64,000 nt of DNA from NCBI GenBank assembly GCA_963825135.1, contig CAWGRW010000009.1:1696001-1760000 (forward strand), in the 5' to 3' direction. The translations under genes were made by a program, and so were the position numbers. Positions 39,718 through 49,738 of the stretch are shown here, piece after piece (the first letter of the stretch is position 1; every line of letters starts with the position of its first letter). This DNA comes from an uncultured bacterium (GTDB lineage Bacteria; Desulfobacterota_D; UBA1144; Nemesobacterales; UBA2774). The notes beneath the pieces are model-generated. The model was not told the DNA's origin, did no database searches, and saw nothing but the letters and a program-made list of their open reading frames with translations.

Positions 39718-40386
39718 ATGAAAAAAGGATTCTTACATTTATTCCCGGAAGCGAAACCTTTCCGGTTCCGCCGGGCGGCGGTTCTGTTTTTAGCCATACT
39801 GCTTATTCCGTCTCTGTTTCTTACGGCCGGGTGCAAGCAGGAGAACTCGAAGCAGGGTAAGAGTGAGAATATAAAAAGCGAAGCAGAAGGAGGCAACCCG
39901 GTGGTTATAATGTCGACATCGAAAGGGGATATAAAGATCGAGCTCTATAAGGACAAGGCTCCGATCACAGTCGAGAATTTTCTCGCGTACGCCAATGACG
40001 GGTTTTACAACGGGACTATCTTTCATCGAGTGATACCGAATTTCATGATCCAGGGAGGAGGGTTTACGCCCGACCTCAATCAGAAGCCTACGAAGCCCCC
40101 GATTAAAAACGAGGCAAAAAACGGGCTCAAGAACGAAAGGGGTACCCTGGCGATGGCGAGGACTCAGGTCGTGGACAGCGCCACTTCGCAATTCTTCATC
40201 AACCTGGTTGACAATAGCTTCCTCGATAACGGCATCAGGGACTACGGATACGCCGTGTTCGGCAAGGTAATCGACGGCATGAACGTAGTCGACAAGATAG
40301 CCGCGGTTGAGACAGGCAGCAAGGGTATGTACGGGGACGTGCCGCAGGAAGACGTAGTTATTACGTCGGTGAAGGTAGTCGAATAA
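39718..40386 (+). CDS. Cyclophilin-type peptidyl-prolyl isomerase, lipoprotein
   Basis: Lipobox [36 protein letters not shown] 39718 after GGAGG. Confidence 0.93.
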   Translation: MKKGFLHLFPEAKPFRFRRAAVLFLAILLIPSLFLTAGCKQENSKQGKSENIKSEAEGGNPVVIMSTSKGDIKIELYKDKAPITVENFLAYANDGFYNGTIFHRVIPNFMIQGGGFTPDLNQKPTKPPIKNEAKNGLKNERGTLAMARTQVVDSATSQFFINLVDNSFLDNGIRDYGYAVFGKVIDGMNVVDKIAAVETGSKGMYGDVPQEDVVITSVKVVE

Positions 40387-40397
40387 GCGAGACTAAC

Positions 40398-41042
40398 TCA
40401 ATAGCCGGGACCGGATGGATCAGGCTGAAGCACTCCCCTGAAGCTCACCCTGTGGATCGGACAGGGGCCGTACTTTCTGATAGCTTCCAGGTGCTCTTTC
40501 GTCGGATACCCCTTGTGCGACCTGAAATTATATTCGGGGTAGAGCTCGTGGTATTCGTCCATGATCTCGTCCCTCCTGACCTTGGCCACAATAGACGCAG
40601 CGGCGATCGAGCAGCACCTGGCGTCACCCCTTACGACTGTTTGCTGGGGAATGAGCAGGGAAGTCCTCTGATTCCCGTCGATCAGGAGGAAGTCGGGCCT
40701 TTTCTCGAGCTTGTTAACCGCTATCTCCATCGCAAGCAAAGAAGCCCTGAGTATGTTGATCCTGTCGATTTCCTGGTGTCCCACAATACCTATGGCAAGC
40801 GAGAGGGCGCTTGAGGCTATGCGGTCCAGCATTTCGACTCTTTGCCGATGGGTCAGTTTTTTGGAATCGTCGAGACCCTTGAGCGAGAATACTTCGGGAA
40901 GGATTACAGCCGCCGCCACTACGGGCCCCGCGAGAGGCCCTCTCCCGGCTTCATCTACCCCTGCGGGCGTCCTCCCCCCGGCCCAAATTCGTTTTTCCAT
41001 TTCGTGATCCGGGGGACTCATCTCCTCCTCCGTCAGCCCCAA
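40398..41042 (-). CDS. rnhB: Ribonuclease HII (start uncertain)
   Basis: GVDEAGRGPLAGPV, DSKKL, IDGN, SIAAASIVAKV, HKGYPT. Confidence 0.96.
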   Translation of the reverse strand: MGLTEEEMSPPDHEMEKRIWAGGRTPAGVDEAGRGPLAGPVVAAAVILPEVFSLKGLDDSKKLTHRQRVEMLDRIASSALSLAIGIVGHQEIDRINILRASLLAMEIAVNKLEKRPDFLLIDGNQRTSLLIPQQTVVRGDARCCSIAAASIVAKVRRDEIMDEYHELYPEYNFRSHKGYPTKEHLEAIRKYGPCPIHRVSFRGVLQPDPSGPGY

Positions 41043-41104
41043 GCCCTGTTGTTTTAAGTTGACGCGGCGACACTCGATACTCTAGCTATCTGAAAAAGAC
41101 TATT

Positions 41105-41983
41105 TCAATTGATGATCCCGTAATCCGTGAGCGCTTTCTTGAGCTCAAGGTAATTATGCTCCGACATCCGGCAGAGGGGATACCTGTATTCGTAGGCGAT
41201 TCTATCCATCATGCTGAGAGCGGCTTTGACCGGGATGGGGTTTGTTTCGATAAAGAGCGCGTCGTTCAGGGGGAGGAGCCGGTAGTGCAGGTCCCTTGCC
41301 TTGTCGAACTCTCCCCTGATATACAATTCGTAGAGATCGGCCACGTCCCTTGGGGCTACGTTCGCGGTTACGGTTATGAACCCCCTGGCGCCTATAGCCA
41401 GGAGCGGGAAATTCAGCGCGTCCTCTCCCGAATAGAGCAGAAAGTCCTTACCGCAGAGGTAAAGTATCTTGCTCGCCTGCGTGAGCGACCCCGAAGCTTC
41501 CTTCACCCCGATTATATTCTTACAGTCTTTTGCGAGTCTCAATATTGTTTCGGGGTTCATGTTGACGCCCGACCTCCCCGGGATGTTGTAGAGAATAAGC
41601 GGGATGCGGACCTGTGAGGCTATCTGCTTGAAATGGAGATATAGCCCTTCCTGTGTAGGCTTGTTGTAGTAGGGCACGACCAGGAGGGCGGCGTCCGCCC
41701 CTATCTGCTCCGCGAACCTCGTCAGCCTGATTGCTTCTTTAGTGCTGTTAGAGCCCGTCCCCGCTATTACAGGGACTCGCTTTTTTACGGTTTTTACGGT
41801 TAACTCGATGACGTATTCGTGCTCTTCGTGCGACAGGGTAGGCGACTCTCCGGTAGTTCCGCACGGCACGATGCCGTGAGTGCCGTTTTCGATCTGGAAT
41901 TCGATAAGCTTCTTGAGCGCGTCTTCATCGATCGTGTCATTTTTAAAGGGAGTAACTATGGCGACCAGTGAGCCGTGAATCAT
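41105..41983 (-). CDS. dapA: 4-hydroxy-tetrahydrodipicolinate synthase
   Basis: GTTGES, PYYNKP, YNIPGR, GVKEASG, ETNPIPVK. Confidence 0.97.
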   Translation of the reverse strand: MIHGSLVAIVTPFKNDTIDEDALKKLIEFQIENGTHGIVPCGTTGESPTLSHEEHEYVIELTVKTVKKRVPVIAGTGSNSTKEAIRLTRFAEQIGADAALLVVPYYNKPTQEGLYLHFKQIASQVRIPLILYNIPGRSGVNMNPETILRLAKDCKNIIGVKEASGSLTQASKILYLCGKDFLLYSGEDALNFPLLAIGARGFITVTANVAPRDVADLYELYIRGEFDKARDLHYRLLPLNDALFIETNPIPVKAALSMMDRIAYEYRYPLCRMSEHNYLELKKALTDYGIIN

Positions 41984-42103
41984 ATAAAGCCTCCTTCTTA
42001 GGATTGCTTTTCATTATATTGAAGCTGCCGTGTAAATCAAGGAATCGACCCCTCGGATCGATAAGAGCGTCGGAGATCGGATTTTCTCCGGCATACGGTT
42101 TTG

Positions 42104-42652
42104 TTAAGGGCTCTGCAGTTTAGCCCCGCATTCGGAACAATAATGACTCCGCCTGAGGATTCTGCCCCCGCACGCCCCGCAGTATACAAACTCGCCTTCC
42201 GGTGAATTTTGAAGCTCGGCTCTCGCATTGCCTATTGCTTCGTTGATTATTTCTTCGAGACTCCCGCAGTGGTGTGAAGCCTGCTTCGGGAATTCTATAA
42301 TGTCTTCATGACCCGGGGAGGCAATCGTTATCCTGGGCTTTGAATGATCGAGTTCGTAGAATATCTGCGAAATACCGGACAACGGTATGTCCCTGAATCT
42401 CTTGAACACGGATGAATTTCTGGCGATTATCATTCTATCATTTGTGAGGATGAACCAGGAATTAAAAAACGTGTTACTGTCCACGAACTTCGGCGCCTTA
42501 TAGATGGCCCTCCAGTCAAGGAGCGTGAAGAGTATGCTCTCTCCTTCGTTAATGTATTTCTCGACCCCTGCCCTTATCCCGTCGGGGAGCTCGGTGTGGT
42601 TCCTGGTTTCTATAATGCCCATCAGGTTTTTAACCGCTTCCATTATCGTCAT
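42104..42652 (-). CDS. PH-like domain protein with C-terminal zinc ribbon
   Basis: ILTNDRMII...DIPLSGI; CGACG...YCSECG; start overlaps the asd stop. Confidence 0.65.
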   Translation of the reverse strand: MTIMEAVKNLMGIIETRNHTELPDGIRAGVEKYINEGESILFTLLDWRAIYKAPKFVDSNTFFNSWFILTNDRMIIARNSSVFKRFRDIPLSGISQIFYELDHSKPRITIASPGHEDIIEFPKQASHHCGSLEEIINEAIGNARAELQNSPEGEFVYCGACGGRILRRSHYCSECGAKLQSP

Positions 42653-43674
42653 TATATGTAGTCTCTCACGAGGATCTCCGCTATCTGTATAGCGTTGAGA
42701 GCGGCCCCCTTCCTGAGCTGGTCACCTACTACCCAGAAGCTCAAACCGGCGGGTACGGTGTAATCCTCCCTGATCCTGCCCACGAGGCATTCATCCTTTC
42801 CGGCTGCGTCGATCGGCATTGGATATTTCAGGTTCTGCGGCTCGTCGACCACTTTAACACCCGGGAACTTGTTGAGGGCTTCCCTCGCCTCTCTTATCGT
42901 GATCCGCTTTTCGGTCTCGATATTGACCGACACGGAATGCGCTCTGAACACGGGCACCCTGACGGTGGTTGCAGTTACCGATATGGTGTCGTCTTCGAGG
43001 ATCTTCCGTGTTTCGTTATGGAGCTTCATTTCCTCCTTTGTATATCCGTTTTCGAGGAAGCTGTCTATGTGGGGTAGCAGATTGAACGCTATCTGGTGCG
43101 GGAATGCCCTAACCTTTATTTCCTCTGAATTCGCCCACGCGAGGGTCTGGTTCCTGAGCTCCTCTATAGCCTGGGCTCCTGCGCCCGAGACGGCCTGGTA
43201 GCTCGATGCGACGACCCTCCTTATCCTGCCCAGGTCGTGAAGAGGCTTGAGCGCCATGATCGTGACTGCGGTCGTGCAGTTGGGGTTCGCGATAATTCCT
43301 CTTTTCTTGTATCCGGCGACTGCGTGAGGGTTGATCTCCGGCACCACTAGCGGTACGTCCTCTTCCATTCGGAACGCGGAGCTGTTATCGACGACCACGG
43401 CCCCCGCTTCGACGGCGGCCGGCGCGAATTCCTTACTCCTCGACCCTCCGGCGGAAAAGAGCGCTATATCAATGCCTCCGAAGGAATTTTCATCGAGCTT
43501 CTCTATTTCTTTCCTGCTGCCGTTATATTCGATTTCCCTGCCCGCCGACCTTTCGGACGCAAGGAGTCTCAGCTCCTTCACGGGAAAATTCCGTTCCCTG
43601 AGTATATCCATCATTTCCTGTCCCACTGCTCCCGTCGCGCCCACAATTGCGACGTTATAACCGTCACTCTTCAT
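42652..43674 (-). CDS. asd: Aspartate-semialdehyde dehydrogenase
   Basis: GATGAVG, DNSSAFRM, ANPNCTT, YQAVSGAG, RVPVFRAHS, LRKGAALNA. Confidence 0.97.
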   Translation of the reverse strand: MKSDGYNVAIVGATGAVGQEMMDILRERNFPVKELRLLASERSAGREIEYNGSRKEIEKLDENSFGGIDIALFSAGGSRSKEFAPAAVEAGAVVVDNSSAFRMEEDVPLVVPEINPHAVAGYKKRGIIANPNCTTAVTIMALKPLHDLGRIRRVVASSYQAVSGAGAQAIEELRNQTLAWANSEEIKVRAFPHQIAFNLLPHIDSFLENGYTKEEMKLHNETRKILEDDTISVTATTVRVPVFRAHSVSVNIETEKRITIREAREALNKFPGVKVVDEPQNLKYPMPIDAAGKDECLVGRIREDYTVPAGLSFWVVGDQLRKGAALNAIQIAEILVRDYI

Positions 43675-43710
43675 TTCTTCCTCCGGATTTAAACGCTTAA
43701 TCCCGGTGTG

Positions 43711-44154
43711 CTACCGGCAATATTTTTTTTCGATCTCGCTTACCTTGTCGATGTTCCTTTTCTCGCCCGCCTCGGGCTCCGAGCCCAACCAGGCGTCCAG
43801 TATCTCCCTCGCCACCACGGGGGAGGTAGACCTCAAGCTCAGGGCGAGCACGTTGGCGTCATTCCATTTCCTCGCCCCTTCCGCGGTCCTGGCGTCCGGG
43901 CATAGGGCGGCCCTGATACCGGGCACTTTGTTTGCGGCGATGCTGACCCCGGTCCCGGTCCAGCAGAAGAGTATACCCTGATCGCAGGCTCCTTCCCTCA
44001 CCCTTTCGGAGACCCTCTCGGCGATGTCCGTCCATTCGAGCTTTTCTCCATCGAGCGGCCCGTGGAGCTCGACTTCAATCCCTTTGCCCCGAAGCTCCTC
44101 GATCACAAAGTCAGTCAAGTATGTCCTCTCGTCGCTGCCAACCGCTATCTTCAT
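43711..44154 (-). CDS. RpiB/LacA/LacB family sugar-phosphate isomerase
   Basis: MKIAVGSD, CWTGTGVSIAANKVPGIRAA, WNDANVL. Confidence 0.88.
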   Translation of the reverse strand: MKIAVGSDERTYLTDFVIEELRGKGIEVELHGPLDGEKLEWTDIAERVSERVREGACDQGILFCWTGTGVSIAANKVPGIRAALCPDARTAEGARKWNDANVLALSLRSTSPVVAREILDAWLGSEPEAGEKRNIDKVSEIEKKYCR

Positions 44155-44268
44155 ATAATCAACCCTTATATATCTGTTTCTCAAGTATTTTAAATGTGTC
44201 GCATCGAGGCTTCAAGCTCCGGCCGGCGATAACAAATTTCGATTCGTGGTAAACCGGGCTGGATGGGT

Positions 44269-44598
44269 CTAACCGCGGTACTTTATTACTTTAATCTTTT
44301 CCATTGTGACGATTCCGTTCCCGATGTTCTCATCGAGAAAGGGCAGGAGCTTTTTAATATTCTCTTCATCGTCTACTATCTCTATGATAATCGGCAAGTC
44401 CTCGGAGAGGCGGAGTATCTTTGCAGAGTGTATTTTACTATTGGCTCCGTACCCCATTATGCCCCTGATAACCGTAACCCCCGCTATATGGAGCTCCCTA
44501 GCCTTATATACGATTTGCTCATAGAGCGCCTTCCCTTTATGGTTGTCACTCTCGCCGATGAATATCCTGAGCAGCTGCTCTTCTTTGAAAATGTTCAT
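44269..44598 (-). CDS. DUF190 (PII-like) protein
   Basis: LRIFIGESD, AGVTVIRGIMGYG, LSEDLPIIIEIVD; typical neighbour of crcB. Confidence 0.9.
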   Translation of the reverse strand: MNIFKEEQLLRIFIGESDNHKGKALYEQIVYKARELHIAGVTVIRGIMGYGANSKIHSAKILRLSEDLPIIIEIVDDEENIKKLLPFLDENIGNGIVTMEKIKVIKYRG

Positions 44599-44607
44599 TC
44601 ATACCTC

Positions 44608-44994
44608 CTACCTGACGATACCAGACAGGTATCTGGCCGCTATGAAGCCTAAAAATACCATTCCAATACCCAGAATGTTGCTTGCGAGGAAATTTAGCAG
44701 GACGTAACCTATTTCTCTCTCTCTCAGGAGGTTGAACGTCTCCAGACCGTACGTTGAGAAAGTCGTATAGGCTCCAAGGATACCGATGAACAAAAACGAT
44801 CTCATGTTGGGCGTAAAAGAGAAGTTCTCAAACAACTGCCAGAGAAAGCCTATAACCAGACAGCCGCTGAGATTAACCACCAGGGTCCCCCAGGGATACG
44901 CTCCGCCCGAGAAGTTGTGTATAAAGCCCGATACGGCATACCTCAGCAGGGCCCCTGCTGCCCCCCCTATAGCAATGTATAATAAATGCGTCAT
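44608..44994 (-). CDS. crcB: Fluoride channel Fluc/CrcB
   Basis: GGAAGALLRY, PWGTLVVN, GILGAYTTFST. Confidence 0.95.
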   Translation of the reverse strand: MTHLLYIAIGGAAGALLRYAVSGFIHNFSGGAYPWGTLVVNLSGCLVIGFLWQLFENFSFTPNMRSFLFIGILGAYTTFSTYGLETFNLLREREIGYVLLNFLASNILGIGMVFLGFIAARYLSGIVR

Positions 44995-45130
44995 TCGAGC
45001 CCCCGGACTGCATTAAACGGCTACCGGATGGGGGAAAATGATAACACATAAATAATTAAATGTACCCTGGTGGAAATTAACCGTTTGTTAAAGTAGTTTT
45101 AATTCCTTGGGGAGGCTCGAAGGTCTAACA

Positions 45131-45901
45131 ATGTCCTGGAATCCTGAGCTTTATCATAAATTTCAGTCCGAAAGATTCGCGCCCTTCGAAGACCTCATGA
45201 GTCTGATCGTCGTCAGGGAAGGGCTCACGGTAATAGATCTCGGGTGCGGTACGGGCGAGCTTACGGAGATGCTGTCCGACAGGCTGCCCGGAAGCGACGT
45301 GCTGGGAATAGATTCTTCTCCCGAGATGCTTGAGCAGGCGAAAGCGAAAGAGAGGGACGGGCTGAGATTCGAGCTTAGGGCGATAGAGGATGCTACGGGC
45401 GAGTGGGACATCGTATTTTCAAACGCGGCGATACATTGGGTGGAGAATCACGCGGCTCTGGTCCCGGCGTTATTTAAACTCGTGAGCCCCGGAGGCCAGA
45501 TCGCGGTTCAGCTCCCGTCTAACCATAACCACGAAACACAGCTGCTGGTGCACGAGATCGCGAAAGAACCCCCTTTCGCGACCGCGCTCAGGGGGTGGTC
45601 GAGGAAATCCCCGGTATTGTCGATAAATGCGTACGCCGAGATTCTGTATCAATGCGGAGGTATGAACATCGATGTGTTCGAGAAGGTATTCCCTCACGTG
45701 ATGAGGGATACCGATGCGGTGGCGGACTGGCTTTCGGGTACGATGCTGAGGCCTTATTTCGAGCGCCTGCCCGAGGAGCTTCGGGGAAAGTTCGTGGATA
45801 TATACAGGAAGAGGTTGAGGGAGATTTATCCGTCTGATCCTGTCTTCTATCCCTTCAGACGCATATTCTTTTCGGCGGTAAAAACAAATTTACAGGGATA
45901 G
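45131..45901 (+). CDS. tam: Trans-aconitate 2-methyltransferase-like SAM methyltransferase
   Basis: MSWNPELY..F..ER..PF, DLGCGTG, SNAAIHW, YPFRRIF. Confidence 0.8.
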   Translation: MSWNPELYHKFQSERFAPFEDLMSLIVVREGLTVIDLGCGTGELTEMLSDRLPGSDVLGIDSSPEMLEQAKAKERDGLRFELRAIEDATGEWDIVFSNAAIHWVENHAALVPALFKLVSPGGQIAVQLPSNHNHETQLLVHEIAKEPPFATALRGWSRKSPVLSINAYAEILYQCGGMNIDVFEKVFPHVMRDTDAVADWLSGTMLRPYFERLPEELRGKFVDIYRKRLREIYPSDPVFYPFRRIFFSAVKTNLQG

Positions 45902-45970
45902 GAATATCAGAGGCGGGCAATTGGAGTGTAATGTTTTATATACTCAGCGATAATGCAGGTTTGAAAGGAG

Positions 45971-46645
45971 ATGCTGATGCCGGTAAAGAGATTCTCAAAA
46001 AGAGAGGCAATCGAGTTCGGATGGCGGACTATGAGAGCCAACCTGGCTATTTTTATCGTCTTCCTCGTCGTCTCGATGGTGGCGGGTTTTTTCTTCAGCG
46101 GATTCGCGGGACTATTTGAAAAACGCCTGCCTTTTTTATCCCTTATTTTCAACCTCGGGTATATCCTGCTGACCATTGCGGTAAATATCGTCGGCATCAA
46201 GATTGCCTTGAAGTTCTGTGATAATGACGAACGGGCGATATCGGAGGTAATACCATTTACGCCCGCTTTGTTCCTGAGGTTTGCCGCCGGATATATTCTC
46301 TACAGTCTATTGATCGTGGCGGGCTTCGTATTGCTGATAGTCCCCGGTCTGATCTTCATGGTCAAATATCAATACGTGATCTATTTCATTGCCGACAAGG
46401 ATACGGAAATCGGCGAAGCGTTTACAAAGAGCTCCGCTCTCACAAACGGGATCAAGTGGGAGCTGTTCTTGTTCCTGATACTGTTATCGTTGATCAACCT
46501 GGCCGGTCTCATATGCTTCTTCGTGGGCTTATTTGTCACAATACCCGTTACAATGGTCGCGATGGCGTACGTTTATAGAAAGTTGTCAGGCCCCTCGGCG
46601 GCCGAAGCGCTCGACCCGTTTCAGTCGCCTCATCAAGCGGTCTGA
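45971..46645 (+). CDS. Integral membrane protein (DUF975-like)
   Basis: Several TM helices; LLIVPG, S..LTNGIKWELF pattern. Confidence 0.65.
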   Translation: MLMPVKRFSKREAIEFGWRTMRANLAIFIVFLVVSMVAGFFFSGFAGLFEKRLPFLSLIFNLGYILLTIAVNIVGIKIALKFCDNDERAISEVIPFTPALFLRFAAGYILYSLLIVAGFVLLIVPGLIFMVKYQYVIYFIADKDTEIGEAFTKSSALTNGIKWELFLFLILLSLINLAGLICFFVGLFVTIPVTMVAMAYVYRKLSGPSAAEALDPFQSPHQAV

Positions 46646-46674
46646 ATCTAAATCATGGAGAGGTAAATCCGGAA

Positions 46675-47121
46675 TTGGGCAGGGTCTACAAGCACACGCA
46701 AATCGGTTATGTGATGTTTCTGATAATCGGGACAGGGCTTTATCTACTGTTGAACTTCTTCTATCTGCACGGGTTCATTATCGTATTCGTCGCCGTTTTT
46801 GTATTGCTCGCCGTCTGCCTGGTTTTGTTTGCCGCATTGAGGGTGGAAGTTGACGACAGGGAAATCTCGGTTCGTTTCGGAATCGGGATCATCCGCAAGA
46901 AATTTCCGGTAAGCGGGATCGAGTCTGCCGCGATAGTCAGGAACCCCTGGTATTACGGATGGGGGATAAGGAAAACGCCCGATGGCTGGCTCTACAATGT
47001 ATCCGGATTAATCGCGGTCGAGCTGCGGATGAGGAGCGGGGAAAGATTCCTGATCGGGACCGACGACCCCATGGGGCTCCTGAATGCGGTGCAAGGGGTT
47101 ATTCCCGGAAAAAGCGTGTGA
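46675..47121 (+). CDS. Two-TM membrane protein with PH-like C-terminal domain
   Basis: YKHTQIG, two TM helices, WYYGWGIR...YNVSG...IGTDDP; TTG start. Confidence 0.65.
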   Translation: MGRVYKHTQIGYVMFLIIGTGLYLLLNFFYLHGFIIVFVAVFVLLAVCLVLFAALRVEVDDREISVRFGIGIIRKKFPVSGIESAAIVRNPWYYGWGIRKTPDGWLYNVSGLIAVELRMRSGERFLIGTDDPMGLLNAVQGVIPGKSV

Positions 47122-47134
47122 AGCGGATTACATC

Positions 47135-47692
47135 ATGGACGATCAATTCAAATTAAGGATAGAGGGCGGTATCGAGCTCGAACTCCTGTGTGAGGACCAT
47201 GCAGAGGAGTTATTCGAGCTTACTGACAGGAACAAAGGGTATCTCCGGAAGTGGCTGCCCTGGCTCGACAGCAACAAATACATTCAGAACACCATTGATT
47301 TCATTCAATACAGCAGTAAACAATATGAAGAGAATAACGGGTTACAGTTCTGTATCCGGTCCGGCGGGGGTTTGGCCGGGATGATCGGCTTTCACAGGGT
47401 GGATTGGCTGAATCATTCGACAAGCATCGGATACTGGCTTGCGGAGGATTTTCAGGGTAAAGGGATTATGACCGCATCGTGCCGGTGTCTTCTGGACTAT
47501 GCTTTCGGCAACCTCGGAATGAACCGTGTCGAAATCAGGTGCGCTACCGAAAACAAGCGCAGCAGGGCGGTTCCGGAAAGGCTGGGGTTCACCGAAGAGG
47601 GGACCATCCGGCAGGCCGAGTGGTTGTATGACCACTATGTGGACCACATCGTCTACGGTATGCTGAGGGAGGAATGGAAGTGCAGGATATGA
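47135..47692 (+). CDS. RimL/YdaF-like GNAT acetyltransferase
   Basis: YLRKWLPW, IGYWL...QGKGIMT, N.RSRAVPERLGF. Confidence 0.9.
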   Translation: MDDQFKLRIEGGIELELLCEDHAEELFELTDRNKGYLRKWLPWLDSNKYIQNTIDFIQYSSKQYEENNGLQFCIRSGGGLAGMIGFHRVDWLNHSTSIGYWLAEDFQGKGIMTASCRCLLDYAFGNLGMNRVEIRCATENKRSRAVPERLGFTEEGTIRQAEWLYDHYVDHIVYGMLREEWKCRI

Positions 47693-47693
47693 A

Positions 47694-47731
47694 AAACCCT
47701 CCTAGATCCTATTAAGGAAATAAGAGGGTTT
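47694..47731. terminator. Hairpin between convergent genes, possible terminator
   Basis: AAACCCTC...GAGGGTTT inverted repeat with inner TCCT/AGGA pairing. Confidence 0.45.
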
Positions 47732-47761
47732 AAGAGAAGCAAAAGGCAAGATGTAGTTAAG

Positions 47762-47842
47762 CTAGGAAAAAAGCACTATTATTAATCCGGCGAATATCGT
47801 CGAATATAGCACCAAATCCGCAAACCCGTACGTTTTATTCAT
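47762..47842 (-). CDS. 26-aa single-TM small protein
   Basis: MNKTYGFADLVLYSTIFAGLIIVLFS; AGGAGAGG RBS 8 nt upstream; promoter-like and terminator-like flanks. Confidence 0.5.
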   Translation of the reverse strand: MNKTYGFADLVLYSTIFAGLIIVLFS

Positions 47843-47861
47843 TAACTCATCCTCTCCTAGA

Positions 47862-47891
47862 ATCATAGACTATAAATACATAGTCTCTCAA
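47862..47891 (-). promoter_or_regulatory. Putative promoter with a palindrome filling the spacer
   Basis: TTGAGA-N18-TATGAT; AGACTAT-N6-ATAGTCT at 47867-47886. Confidence 0.5.
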
Positions 47892-47980
47892 GGTTTAATT
47901 TCTGATAATTTAAAAGATTGATCGCGGGGATTGCTATCATACTTTAGTATTACTACTTAAGTTAGCGGTGTCAGGCAGGA

Positions 47981-48808
47981 TCAGGGCTTTTTGGATATGA
48001 TGAGGTGATTGGCAGCCTTTCCCTCGTCGATCAGCTGGAGGTATGTGTCGAAATACTCGATATGGTAATCGGTGTTTTCCCTGCCCTGTTCCTTTACGAT
48101 TTCCTCATAGTGTTTCTTGTACGCGTCGCCCCATTTCTTGTTCTGAACCCTGAAGTCCGACACATACTCGGTAATCTCCTCTATCTGAAAGCCCGCTTCC
48201 TTGAGCATGCGGCGGTAATTCGGAAGAGAGTCGTAGTACTGAGGGATCAGGTATCCGCGCGCCATTTTTCTTGTTACTTCCGGATCGTCGGGCATGTCGA
48301 ATGTCCCGCTCAGAAACGCCCATGTTCCGTCCTTCTTCAGTACCCTGAGCACTTCCCTGAAAAGCCCGACCTTGTTCTTGAATACATTCATTACGTTTAA
48401 ACTTATCGCGATGTCGAACGTGTTATCGGGGAAGGGGGTCTTCATCGCGTCCCCGAGATGAAATTCCGCTTGTCCCTCGAGACCCGATTTTTTAGCCAGC
48501 TTCACCGACATATCCACACCCACGTTTGAAATATCGACACCTGCTATTCTGCACCCGGTCTTGCTCGCAATGTACAGGGCCGGGCCGCCGACGCCGCTTC
48601 CTATGTCGAGCATGTAATTATTTTCACTGATACGAAGCCTTCTTACGAGGTCGTCAAGGTACCTGGGAGTGGTGAACGATTGCTGACCGATGTCGTTTTC
48701 CTTGCCCCAGATAGAATCCCTTATTAGCCTGTTGGCCGGGCTGTCTATCTGATGAAGTATCGAATAATCGACGCCGATTTTTTTCTCCTTCATCTTTTTA
48801 TCCTCCAT
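47981..48808 (-). CDS. Class I SAM-dependent methyltransferase
   Basis: MLDIGSGVGG, GVDIS, GDAMKTPF...FD, RVLKKDG. Confidence 0.9.
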   Translation of the reverse strand: MEDKKMKEKKIGVDYSILHQIDSPANRLIRDSIWGKENDIGQQSFTTPRYLDDLVRRLRISENNYMLDIGSGVGGPALYIASKTGCRIAGVDISNVGVDMSVKLAKKSGLEGQAEFHLGDAMKTPFPDNTFDIAISLNVMNVFKNKVGLFREVLRVLKKDGTWAFLSGTFDMPDDPEVTRKMARGYLIPQYYDSLPNYRRMLKEAGFQIEEITEYVSDFRVQNKKWGDAYKKHYEEIVKEQGRENTDYHIEYFDTYLQLIDEGKAANHLIISKKP

Positions 48809-48902
48809 GGAATCGCTTCGGAAGCAGTCATTATGGGAGGTTGTGCCAATGGAATATTATCCGATCCCGATTACGCTATAAAGGTCTAATTTTAGTAATA
48901 TA

Positions 48903-49667
48903 TTATTTTGCGCTCATCCCTCCGTCCACGGAGAGCATCGCTCCGGTAATGAACCTGATTTTATCGTCGCATAGAAACAAGACCGCGCGGGCTATTTCCT
49001 CGGGCTGTGCCAGGCGTCCTATGGGGTGTACAGAGATATAACGCTTTTCACCGAGTTCCCTGTCCCCCCATTCCTCAAACAGCGCGTCCATCATTGGGGT
49101 GTATATGGTCCCGGGGCAGACGGCGTTTACCCTGATCCCCTTATCCGCGTATTCGAGCGCCATGCTTCTCGTGAGCTGGTTCACGGCTCCTTTGGAGGCG
49201 CTGTAGGCGGCAAAGCCCGCCGGGGACGCCTTTAATCCCAGTATCGACGAGTTATTCACTATAGCGCCCTCCCCCTGCCTGATCATGTGGGGTAGCGCGT
49301 GCTTGGACATAAGATAAACGCCCTTAACGTTGATATCGAAAGTCTCGTCCCACATGCCGGTATCCGTTTCGTGTGTGTTCGATTTGTAGCAAACCCCTGC
49401 GTTATTGAAGAGTATGTCTATGCGGCCGTAGCTGCGCATTGTGCTTTCTACGGTCTTTACGCAGTCCGACTCCTTTGAGACGTCGCTTAGGATGTAGCTG
49501 ATTTCAATACCGTCTTCTTCCATCTCGTCGGCCGCTTCCTTTAATGTTTTTTCGGTTCTGCCCGTAATGACTACGTTTGCACCCTCTGCGGCAAACAGGC
49601 GGGCTGTCGCCTTTCCGATCCCCGTACCGCCCCCCGTGATTATGGCCGTCTTGCCTTTCAGTTTCAT
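48903..49667 (-). CDS. Short-chain dehydrogenase/reductase
   Basis: TGGGTGIG, NNAG, YSASK, RVNAVCPG, VDGG. Confidence 0.93.
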   Translation of the reverse strand: MKLKGKTAIITGGGTGIGKATARLFAAEGANVVITGRTEKTLKEAADEMEEDGIEISYILSDVSKESDCVKTVESTMRSYGRIDILFNNAGVCYKSNTHETDTGMWDETFDINVKGVYLMSKHALPHMIRQGEGAIVNNSSILGLKASPAGFAAYSASKGAVNQLTRSMALEYADKGIRVNAVCPGTIYTPMMDALFEEWGDRELGEKRYISVHPIGRLAQPEEIARAVLFLCDDKIRFITGAMLSVDGGMSAK

Positions 49668-49738
49668 TTCGTGTCGTCGGTTTATTTCCGGATGCTAATA
49701 ATTATGGGGGAGATTAAGGCGTTATCAATATAGGGCTG

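Noticed and set aside
44995..45130. Fluoride riboswitch upstream of crcB
   Set aside because: The GGCGATGG...CTGATG-type consensus is not visible on the minus strand.
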